From: Bacillota bacterium | GTDB lineage: Bacteria > Bacillota > Dethiobacteria > DTU022 | Length of the DNA stretch: 64,000 nucleotides | Assembly: GCA_029782095.1 (NCBI GenBank) | Contig: JAKOVL010000079.1 | Coordinates: 8,240 to 72,239 of the forward strand | Direction of reading: 5' to 3' | Shown here: positions 29,100 through 36,618 of the stretch, piece by piece | Numbering within the stretch: the first letter of the stretch is position 1 | How the letters are laid out: the number at the start of each line of letters is the position of its first letter | Notes under the pieces: model-generated | Databases searched by the model: none | What the model was told of the DNA's origin: nothing | What the model saw: only the letters and a program-made list of their open reading frames with translations | Position numbers and translations under genes: made by a program

Positions 29100-29228
29100 C
29101 TTTCACCCTCCTTTCCTCATGGTTTCAAGATTATTTTTTCCCCATAACAGCCTCTTATCCCCCGCCCTTGCATAATTTCCCGCCAAAACCTGCAAACTAT
29201 AGGCAAAATCATAACGGAGTGATGAATC

Positions 29229-29366
29229 ATGGGCGACCGGGATGAAAGCAGGTTGTTGAGCCTGGGGCATGCGGCCATAAAATATGGGGCCTGGCTGGTC
29301 GGCCTGATCGTGGTTTTATATTTCCTCTCCCGGCATCTGTTCCCATTTATTCAGTCGCTGTTTTAG
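29229..29366 (+). CDS. Hypothetical small membrane protein (45 aa; below the ORF-track cutoff)
   Basis: ATG 9 nt after GGAG. MGDRDESRLLSLGHAAIKYGAWLVGLIVVLYFLSRHLFPFIQSLF contains one hydrophobic helix. Confidence 0.35.
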   Translation: MGDRDESRLLSLGHAAIKYGAWLVGLIVVLYFLSRHLFPFIQSLF

Positions 29367-29465
29367 GCTGGGCCGCGGCGCTGGCATTTTAATTTTGTTT
29401 TTGCCAATTGGCAGCGCCGGGGAAGCACTGCCTGATCACTACGGAAAGGAGGGGACCATTAGTTG

Positions 29466-29642
29466 ATGACCACATTTCATGTCATCCATATCGTGGTGGG
29501 ATTATGGCTGGCCCTGGTGAATGTGACGAATATTTTGACCGACACTACGCTGGCGTGGAATAATTTAATCCTGGGGCTGGTTGTGGCTGCGTACAATCTT
29601 TACTACCTCTTCGCCCGCAGGAATGTGGATGTCCAATCTTGA
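29466..29642 (+). CDS. Hypothetical small membrane protein (58 aa; below the ORF-track cutoff)
   Basis: Strong RBS AAGGAGGGG (29446-29454). MTTFHVIHIVVGLWLALVNVTNILTDTTLAWNNLILGLVVAAYNLYYLFARRNVDVQS contains two hydrophobic helices. Confidence 0.45.
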   Translation: MTTFHVIHIVVGLWLALVNVTNILTDTTLAWNNLILGLVVAAYNLYYLFARRNVDVQS

Positions 29643-29781
29643 AGGGTTTTTACTAAAGCGGTGCAAACAGGGGCCCTCGCCAGGGGTCCCTGTTGCCTGT
29701 ACAGGACTATTTCTTTAACCGGAAAGGATTAACAGGCCGGGCTATCGAATACTTCCAGGAGCTTTCTCTGGAGGTGTTTTT

Positions 29782-30624
29782 ATGCGCGTAGCCGCCCTCT
29801 CCCTGGCCGGGATTGACACGGGCAGCCTGGCCCGATACCGGCAGGATTTATCCAGCCTGTTAAAGCATGAGCAGGCGGCCCTGGCGGTTCTGCCGGCCCA
29901 TGCCGCCCTGAAGCTTTATTGCGGAACGAGCGGCCAAGGGGATTCCGATTTTTCCAGCTCTTTTCTGAAGTTTATGGAAAAGGCGCAAGCGTGGAATGAT
30001 ACCTATTTAAACCTTCATGCGGAGTTGGCCAGGAATTTGCAGGTTAACCTGGTTGCGGGAACCACCGTGGAAGAATGCGGGGGCCTTTTTTACCAGACTG
30101 TATATTGTTTTGGCCCCGGAGGCGATCTTTGCGCTGCACAGCGACAGACGCACCTTTCCCGGGAAGAGCGCCTTCTGGGGTTCAGCCGGGGGGAAGATCT
30201 GGTCCTTTTTGATTGCGGTTCGCTCAAGGCCGGCATAGCCTCCGGCACCGATGCTTATCATCCCGAAGTTAGCCGTATTTTCGCTCTGCAGGGGGCGGAC
30301 CTGGTGATTCACACCGGGGCGCTGCCGGGAGCGGCCAACTGCCGGCGCCAGGCGGCGGGAATGTGGGCCCAGGTGCAGCAGAATCATTTTTGGGCGGTGG
30401 AGGCGCAGCTTTACGGAGATCTTTGCGGCCGTTTTTTTGGCGGTGAATGCTGCATAATCGGTCCCTGCGAAGTTACCGCCGATCTGAGCGGTTTCCTTTG
30501 CCGCGCCGCCGTCTCCTCGCCAGCCGCCACGGCGGAGCTTGACGAGGCGGCGCGGCAGCGGCTCCGGCATACTTATCCCATCCTCAGTTTACTTAACCCG
30601 GAGGCATACGAAGCCTGGCATTGA
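29782..30624 (+). CDS. Carbon-nitrogen hydrolase-like protein with an apparently degenerate catalytic triad
   Basis: 280 aa with CN-hydrolase-like layout (RVAALS..., LAVLPAH, RQTHLSREE, AGIASGTDAYHPEV). The positions expected for Glu, Lys and Cys read Ala, Gln and Ser/Gly. Confidence 0.5.
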   Translation: MRVAALSLAGIDTGSLARYRQDLSSLLKHEQAALAVLPAHAALKLYCGTSGQGDSDFSSSFLKFMEKAQAWNDTYLNLHAELARNLQVNLVAGTTVEECGGLFYQTVYCFGPGGDLCAAQRQTHLSREERLLGFSRGEDLVLFDCGSLKAGIASGTDAYHPEVSRIFALQGADLVIHTGALPGAANCRRQAAGMWAQVQQNHFWAVEAQLYGDLCGRFFGGECCIIGPCEVTADLSGFLCRAAVSSPAATAELDEAARQRLRHTYPILSLLNPEAYEAWH

Positions 30625-30648
30625 CGCGATAAGGGAGGAGGCACGCCC

Positions 30649-31737
30649 ATGGCTTTGGACGGTTGGAAAGAGAGGCTATTCCGGCGCTATCTTTTTTGGG
30701 CCTGCCGGCCCGCACGGGTGCGAAAGATCTTGCCGCGGCCGGGGGCGGCGCCAGCCGCGAGACATTTTCACAAAAACCGCATCAGGGCTGCAGCCTTGCA
30801 GCTGGAGTTGAAACTTTTCCGCAACCCCATGGATTATGTGGAGGAGATGCACCGCCGGGTTAAAGAAGCTGTCGCAGAGGGGGCCCAGCTGGTGGCCTTT
30901 CCGGAAATGAACAACCTGCAGCTTTTGGGAATGCTGCCGGGCATTGAGCAGGCCGCTGAGGCGGCTGTCCCGAATCCGGAAGCGGCGGGCGGCAAAGCCC
31001 AGGGTGACGACGGGATTACTCTGGCTGATGTCATTTTTTACGTTGGACCGGTGATGGAGCCGCTCCTTAAAACCACCTTTTCTACCCTGGCTGCGGTGTA
31101 CGGCCTCTACATTATGGCCGGCAGCTTCCTTCTGCCTGACGGAGAAAAGATGGTCAACCGGGCCATGCTTTTCGGCCCAAGCGGTGAGCTAATCGGCACC
31201 CAGGACAAGGTGCACTGGACCCTGCCGGAAAAAGAATGGGGTCTTACCCGCGGCAGGCGCTTTAATCTGTTTGACACCGCCGTAGGCAAGCTGGCCATGC
31301 CGGTGTGCATGGACGCCACCTATTTCGAGACTTTCCGCCTCCTGGAGCGCAGGGGTGCGGAAGTGGTGATCATCCCCATAGCCAACCCCGAGCCTTATAA
31401 TTACTGGCTGGCCCTCAGGGGGATCTGGCCCAGGGTCCAGGAAAGCCCGGTGTACGGCATCAAAAGCGCGCTGGTAGGCCGGCTGCTCGGTTTTGAATTA
31501 ACTGGCCGGGCCGGTATTTTCGCCCCCCTGGAGCTGACTCCCGACGGCAGCGGCGTGCTGGCGGAAGTGGAGCCTTTCGATGGGGAGGGGATGGCCGTGG
31601 CCGAGCTGGACCTGGAGGCTTTGCGCCAGCTGCGCGCTGACCATCCCTGGCGCGACAGCAATGAAGCCCTTTATCGCCGCTATTTTCCCGGGATCTACAA
31701 GAACGTTGATCAAACAGAATGTTGCGAACAGAGGTGA
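30649..31737 (+). CDS. Carbon-nitrogen hydrolase family protein (nitrilase/amidase superfamily)
   Basis: 362 aa. AAALQLE..., LVAFPEM (Glu), QDKVHWT (Lys) and AMPVCMDATYFE (Cys) give an intact E-K-C triad. Confidence 0.7.
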   Translation: MALDGWKERLFRRYLFWACRPARVRKILPRPGAAPAARHFHKNRIRAAALQLELKLFRNPMDYVEEMHRRVKEAVAEGAQLVAFPEMNNLQLLGMLPGIEQAAEAAVPNPEAAGGKAQGDDGITLADVIFYVGPVMEPLLKTTFSTLAAVYGLYIMAGSFLLPDGEKMVNRAMLFGPSGELIGTQDKVHWTLPEKEWGLTRGRRFNLFDTAVGKLAMPVCMDATYFETFRLLERRGAEVVIIPIANPEPYNYWLALRGIWPRVQESPVYGIKSALVGRLLGFELTGRAGIFAPLELTPDGSGVLAEVEPFDGEGMAVAELDLEALRQLRADHPWRDSNEALYRRYFPGIYKNVDQTECCEQR

Positions 31738-31742
31738 TGCCC

Positions 31743-32219
31743 ATGTCTTCCGCTGCAGCGCCGGAGGTGGAACGGGTCCGCCGCTATGTCCAAAGCTTTG
31801 ATCCGGCCCTCGAACCGCGGGAGCACCCGGAGAGCACGGAAACCGCAGTTGACGCCGCCCGCGTCCTGGGCGTGGAGCTGGGACAGATCGCCAAGTCGAT
31901 CCTGTTTAAATGCGGTGAAAAATACGGGCTCTTTGTCCTGGCCGGGGATATGCGCATGGATCAAAAGAAAGTAAAAGAGCTCCTGGGCGGGGGAAAAACG
32001 AGGGTAGCCCGCCCCGAAGAGGTGGAGCAGGTTACCGGCTTTAAAGTGGGAGGGGTCTGCCCCTTTGCTTTGAAAACAGAAATACCCATCTTCCTGGATC
32101 GCTCCATGCAGCGATTCGCGAAAATATATGCCGCCGCCGGAACATCCCGCGCGGTGCTGCCGCTGACCTTTGCCCAGTTGGAGAGAATTACCGGGGGCCG
32201 CGTCATTGACGTTAACTGA
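31743..32219 (+). CDS. YbaK/EbsC-type aminoacyl-tRNA editing domain protein
   Basis: ...TAVDAARVLGVELGQIAKSILFK......VLAGDMRMDQKKV...GFKVGGVCPF... is typical of the YbaK/ProX deacylase fold. The ATG at 31743 follows AGAGGTGA and sits 6 nt after the upstream stop. Confidence 0.7.
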   Translation: MSSAAAPEVERVRRYVQSFDPALEPREHPESTETAVDAARVLGVELGQIAKSILFKCGEKYGLFVLAGDMRMDQKKVKELLGGGKTRVARPEEVEQVTGFKVGGVCPFALKTEIPIFLDRSMQRFAKIYAAAGTSRAVLPLTFAQLERITGGRVIDVN

Positions 32220-32225
32220 CGCGCT

Positions 32226-34112
32226 TTACTCCCCGGCAATCCCATCCATTTTTTCTGCTTGATCATTTTTCCGTCCCTTAAACCACAGGGCATGGGCCAG
32301 GAATCCGGCGGCAGAGGCAAAAGCAGCCCCGGTGGAAACCAGCCCGGTATCCGGATCTACTGTTTCACAGCAGAAACCGTTATCCATGGGCGCGTTTTTA
32401 ATAAATTCGCTCCCGCCGGTATTATAAGTGAGGAGGTCGTTGGCGGCGGCCAGGGGCCAGGGGTTGCCGCAGTGCCGCGATCCGCTTTCTTCAAAAGCGC
32501 AGCCCTGGTGGTAATAAGGATTGTTGGCGGAGCGAATCCAGGCCACTGTATTTTTAAAAACCAGGTCATCCGGGGAGCAGAAGCCGTAATAAGCGAGAAG
32601 CTGCAGGCTGCCCGGGGGGTTGTCGTAGAGCTGGAATTTGCCGTGGCCGTCCACGGCCCAGGCGAACATGATGCCCTGCGGTCCTTTAACTGTGCCGTGG
32701 CGGTAGATGGCCTGCAGGAGCTTTTCCGCCTTCAGCGAAAAATCGGCAGCGTGTTCCCAGCGCTCTTCCGCCTGGAGCCTGGCCAGGTAGGCAAAACCGC
32801 GCTGCAAGAGGGCGTTGTCGTAGATCAGGTAAGGATAAAGCACCGGATCATCGGAGGGATCGAGGAAAGTACCATAGAGTCCCGTATGGGGATCGTAGTG
32901 TTTTTCCGCTTTTTCCGCCAGAAGGGCCAGCCCCCGGATGATGGTCTCTTCATCCAGGAGCGAGCGGTCGCCGGTGAATTTTTCATATCGCTCCAGGGCC
33001 AGGAAGTAAGCGGCCAGTTGATCCAGTTCGAAACCGGGGTAAAGGAGGACGCCGTCAATGTAGTGGGCATGCTCTCCAGCCCTGTCCAGGTGCCGGGTAT
33101 AGACCGCCAGCAGCAGTTCCCGGCAGCTTTCCCGGTCCGTCAAAAGCAATCCCGGAAAGCTCCACAACAGGGTGTCCCTGCTCCAGAAGGCGGCACTGAC
33201 ATAATAGCGGGGGCTCCGTGAAGTAACAGGGACGAGGCTGCCTGTATCCAGCGCCCGGCCCAACGCATAGAAATAGTTAAAGTATAGATTGCGATGGAAC
33301 ACCGGCTCCAGGGCGGGATCTGCCAGCTCATAGCGGCGCCGGCGCAGCCATTGTTCCGCTTCCTGGAGCAGCGCGGCCGCACCGCGGCGCCGCAAATCTA
33401 CAGCAGTGGTGCCGGCCCCGTCGGCCTCCAGGTTCACTGCCAGGTAGAGGGTGGCCGCCGCTGTTTCGCCGGGTGCAAGCTCCAGGTTGACGGCGCCGCG
33501 AAACGAACCTGGTCCGGCATGTTCAATCTGCCATGCTCCTTCAGGCTCCAGGCTTAAAGCCAGGGCGGCCAGGGGCAGGCCGCTGCGTGCTTCCAAGATC
33601 AGGCTTTTGGTCCAGTCGTCATAATTCAGGCATCGCTCGCCCTTAACTTCGCGGCGGTTGAAAATAACATGGTTGAATTTGCTCCAGAGGCCCTGCCAGC
33701 CGGCCCGCACCGCCACCGGGGCTGACGAGCGGTTGGTTAGGGTAAGGCGGTAGCAGCCGCCGCAGTGGCCGGGCGGAAAGTAAATTTCACCTTGCACCAA
33801 CACAGAATTAGCCGCGGTGCCCTTGAAGCAGGGCAGCCAGTCCAGGTTATAGCTCCATGCAGCGGCGATCTTTTCACCGGCGTCTTCCCCGTTAATTTCG
33901 ATAAAGGGCTGCAGCAGGGGTCGTTCTTCTTCTCCACGGAATTCCAGCAGGCCGCGGGCGCCCATGTGCAGGATGTTCAGTGCATCCACTTCGCCGCCCG
34001 CATTGATTTCAGGCAGCGAGATGTATTCATTGCCGGTAAGGGTAAAATGATGGTGCGCGTGAATGGGTGGAGGGGTGGTCAAAATCTGTTCGGCTTGCTT
34101 TTTATCAGTCAT
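32226..34112 (-). CDS. (alpha/alpha)6-barrel glycoside hydrolase, GH125 (DUF1237)-like, with an N-terminal extension of about 200 aa
   Basis: 628 aa. FWSRDTLLW, FELDQLAAYFLALERY..TGD, DPSDDPVLYPYLIYDNAL, YDNPPGSLQLLAYYGF and NNPYYHQG....SGSRHCGNPWPLA parallel GH125 conserved blocks recalled from memory. Confidence 0.5.
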   Translation of the reverse strand: MTDKKQAEQILTTPPPIHAHHHFTLTGNEYISLPEINAGGEVDALNILHMGARGLLEFRGEEERPLLQPFIEINGEDAGEKIAAAWSYNLDWLPCFKGTAANSVLVQGEIYFPPGHCGGCYRLTLTNRSSAPVAVRAGWQGLWSKFNHVIFNRREVKGERCLNYDDWTKSLILEARSGLPLAALALSLEPEGAWQIEHAGPGSFRGAVNLELAPGETAAATLYLAVNLEADGAGTTAVDLRRRGAAALLQEAEQWLRRRRYELADPALEPVFHRNLYFNYFYALGRALDTGSLVPVTSRSPRYYVSAAFWSRDTLLWSFPGLLLTDRESCRELLLAVYTRHLDRAGEHAHYIDGVLLYPGFELDQLAAYFLALERYEKFTGDRSLLDEETIIRGLALLAEKAEKHYDPHTGLYGTFLDPSDDPVLYPYLIYDNALLQRGFAYLARLQAEERWEHAADFSLKAEKLLQAIYRHGTVKGPQGIMFAWAVDGHGKFQLYDNPPGSLQLLAYYGFCSPDDLVFKNTVAWIRSANNPYYHQGCAFEESGSRHCGNPWPLAAANDLLTYNTGGSEFIKNAPMDNGFCCETVDPDTGLVSTGAAFASAAGFLAHALWFKGRKNDQAEKMDGIAGE

Positions 34113-35046
34113 GTCGCACCTCCTGAATGATCATGCGGGCATTGCCGCCAAAGATGGACTCCACGGCATCCGGCGGCAGCCCCAGCTGCCGGCAGGCGCG
34201 CAGCTGGTCTTCGAGGTAGCGGCGGGCAAATCCCCGCGGAAACCACGATGAATCGCTGCCGAATATAATGCGTTTCGGCCCCACTGTTTCATAAAAGCGG
34301 CGAAACAGGTCTTGCAGGGTTAAGGGGTAGGGATACCAGCGCACCCATTCATTATTTCCCGAAGTGTCCACGTAAACATTGGCGCAGGCCCAGGCCAGCT
34401 GCAGCAGGTCTCTGACGTAGCCGCAGCCGAAGTGGGGGACGATGAAGGGCACGGTGGGATAAGCCCGGGCTACCGGTTCCAGGCTTAAGGGGCTGATATT
34501 GACTCCCGAAGCGATGCCGCCGCCGCCGCCGAGAATGCCAAAATGAATCAATACGGGCAGGTTGTATTTCTCCGCAATTTCCCAGAGAGGCTTAAAGGAA
34601 GGATCAGCCAGGGGCCGGCGCACCAGGGGGGCGAAGATCTTATAGCCTTTCAAGCCGTGCCGCAGCACCGCCTCTTCCAGCAGCCGGGGACTGTTTTCAG
34701 CTTCCGGGTGGTGATGCGCAAATCCGGTCAATTTGTCCCCGTAAGGGGCCAGGGCTGCGGCCAGGAGTTCGTTGCCGCCCCCGGTAACCACAACCACCCG
34801 CTCCAGCCCGCAGCGGACGGCTTCTTCATACCAGCGCTTTGCCGCCTCCTGCGCCGGCAGGTCCGGCCCCGGATCGGGGAAAGACCAGGCTTCACGCCAC
34901 TGGCGATCATATGCTTCACCCCAGCGCCTGACCAGCGCCCCTTTTTCCGGACCATTTTCCGCAACGTAGCTTTCGTAGTAATCGATGAATTGCCGGTCCA
35001 GCCCAGGCACCGGCAGGTGGACATGGAAATCAATTATTTGCGGCAT
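34105..35046 (-). CDS. Amidohydrolase-2 family metal-dependent hydrolase (TIM barrel)
   Basis: MPQIIDFHVHLP N-terminal metal-binding motif, ...IHFG... and ...FGSDS.W.P. The stop overlaps the downstream GH125-like start by 8 nt. Confidence 0.7.
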   Translation of the reverse strand: MPQIIDFHVHLPVPGLDRQFIDYYESYVAENGPEKGALVRRWGEAYDRQWREAWSFPDPGPDLPAQEAAKRWYEEAVRCGLERVVVVTGGGNELLAAALAPYGDKLTGFAHHHPEAENSPRLLEEAVLRHGLKGYKIFAPLVRRPLADPSFKPLWEIAEKYNLPVLIHFGILGGGGGIASGVNISPLSLEPVARAYPTVPFIVPHFGCGYVRDLLQLAWACANVYVDTSGNNEWVRWYPYPLTLQDLFRRFYETVGPKRIIFGSDSSWFPRGFARRYLEDQLRACRQLGLPPDAVESIFGGNARMIIQEVRHD

Positions 35047-35255
35047 TGTCGAAACCTGCCTTTTTTGTTTTAAGGATTATATTCTCTAACAATTCCAGTA
35101 AACCCTTTTGCCGCACCTTGGGCTGCAGGGCGGCGCGCGATGATGATGAAATGGCAGCTGGAGATGCTGCGATCAACTTTGCGAAGGAAAAGGAACAATC
35201 TATCACTAATATCGGTCATCAATAATGAGCAACTACATGAAAAGAGGTGGGTTCA

Positions 35256-35621
35256 ATGATGAAGTGCAGGTTGTTTTTTCTCGCGGCAGTGATCCTTGTT
35301 GCCGCTATGGCCGCGGCCGGCTGCACGCCAGCGGAGACCGGAGCTCCGCCCACCATTACCGGTGTGGTTAACTCCACCCGGGGCGATACCATCCTGGTGG
35401 TGGAGGGGATCGACCGGCCCGGGGTGCCGCAGGAGGAATGGGCCGGCAGCCGCGCCATCAACTTTACCATCACCGGGGATACAGTCATCGAGAGGGACGG
35501 CGAGCCTGTTTCGCCGGATGATTTCACCGGGTTGAAGGTGGAGGTGTGGGCCGACGGCCCCATCGCCGAGTCGTATCCCGAGCAGGCCAGGGCCGGCCGC
35601 ATCGTCATCCTGGAAGATTAA
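35256..35621 (+). CDS. Lipoprotein, DUF3221 (YobA)-like
   Basis: Signal peptide with the lipobox AAAGC. The mature part ...GVVNSTRGDTILVVEG... resembles DUF3221. The ATG at 35256 follows AGAGGTGG. Confidence 0.55.
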   Translation: MMKCRLFFLAAVILVAAMAAAGCTPAETGAPPTITGVVNSTRGDTILVVEGIDRPGVPQEEWAGSRAINFTITGDTVIERDGEPVSPDDFTGLKVEVWADGPIAESYPEQARAGRIVILED

Positions 35622-35700
35622 TCACAATTCCAGGTTGGATGACCAGCGGTCGTCTGCTTTGCTCAACAATGGCCCTCTGTTTGCGGGGGCCTTTTTTTAT
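35596..35700 (+). repeat. Direct repeat S1 (left boundary of the tetR-MMPL-yhgE cassette), including a rho-independent terminator
   Basis: ATCACAATTCCAGGTTGGATGACCAGCGGTCGTCTGC...GCTCAACAATGG...GGCCC-loop-GGGCC-TTTTTTT aligns with 40592-40700. The similarity starts in the last roughly 25 nt of the lipoprotein gene (CCGGCCGCATCGTCATC compared with CCGGCTCGGGCTGTCATC). Confidence 0.7.
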
Positions 35701-35844
35701 GCTGCTTTAATTTTTTCTGACAGGGTTGACCGCCTCGCATTGTGGCCATGGAAGACCCGGTCCCGTAAAACCGGCCTGATGCGTTGGGCCAGGTACCCCG
35801 TCCCCATGGCCCTCCCCATGCCCATGGCCGTTCCCATAGCCCTT

Positions 35845-36456
35845 CTAATCCAGTCGGCCAGGCGCCCTCTCTCCATGCTCTTTTCCATGGTCCCTGGGAT
35901 AGCTGATGATGCCGTGATAGAGCACCTGTATGACGAATTTCGACATCTCCGCCGGTGATTCAATCATGCCTTCCTGCAGCCATTTGTGTAAAACACTGAT
36001 GCATCCCGTGATACCAAATTCCAACAGATACTCCTGGGTCCTCTCGTCATAGGCCTGGTTTAATTGCGATGACACGATTTGCGATAACTGCACGATATCC
36101 CTTTGAAAAGCAAAGTCGCAGTTTTCGCTAAGCAAAGCTTTAAACAGGTCGGCATTTTCCTTTGCGTATTCTAAAATGCGGGTTAAGACCTGGGCAGACA
36201 AGGGGCTTTGATCGGTGAACTCTTGCTGCTCCAGGTACTGTTTGAGGCTGGTCATCACTTCTTCCTTGATATGGCGCAGCAGGTCATACTGGTCTTGAAA
36301 ATGGGCGTAAAAAGTGCTGCGATTAATGTCGGCGGTTTCGCATAGCGCCTTTATGGAAATGCTGGATATATGCTGCTTTTGCATCAACTGAACCAGGGCA
36401 TTTTTTAACATCATTTTTGTATACTTGACGCGACGATCGGTTTTGCTTTTCTTCAT
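35845..36456 (-). CDS. TetR-family transcriptional regulator (DhaS-like)
   Basis: MKKSKTDRRVKYTKMMLKNALVQLMQKQHISSISIKALCETADINRSTFYAHF is a TetR HTH. The internal ATG at 36456 is preferred over the track start at 36498. Confidence 0.85.
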   Translation of the reverse strand: MKKSKTDRRVKYTKMMLKNALVQLMQKQHISSISIKALCETADINRSTFYAHFQDQYDLLRHIKEEVMTSLKQYLEQQEFTDQSPLSAQVLTRILEYAKENADLFKALLSENCDFAFQRDIVQLSQIVSSQLNQAYDERTQEYLLEFGITGCISVLHKWLQEGMIESPAEMSKFVIQVLYHGIISYPRDHGKEHGERAPGRLD

Positions 36457-36492
36457 CTCCGGACCCCCAGGCCAAAAATTTTTTAGGCTATC

Positions 36493-36515
36493 CAACACTT
36501 TTGGAGAAAGTGTTG
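36493..36515. promoter_or_regulatory. Perfect 9-5-9 inverted repeat; candidate TetR operator
   Basis: CAACACTTT-tggag-AAAGTGTTG in the divergent tetR/MMPL intergenic region. Confidence 0.5.
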
Positions 36516-36545
36516 AGCTTACGACAGTTTCGCCTTTTTTGATGG

Positions 36546-36574
36546 TTGAAATCCTACACTATGTTGATTATCAT
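36546..36574 (+). promoter_or_regulatory. Candidate sigma-A promoter of the MMPL-yhgE operon
   Basis: TTGAAA (36546-36551), 17-nt spacer, TATCAT (36569-36574). Confidence 0.45.
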
Positions 36575-36618
36575 ACAATACATGCGAAATTACAACTGTG
36601 TGTTCGTTGGAGGAATTT

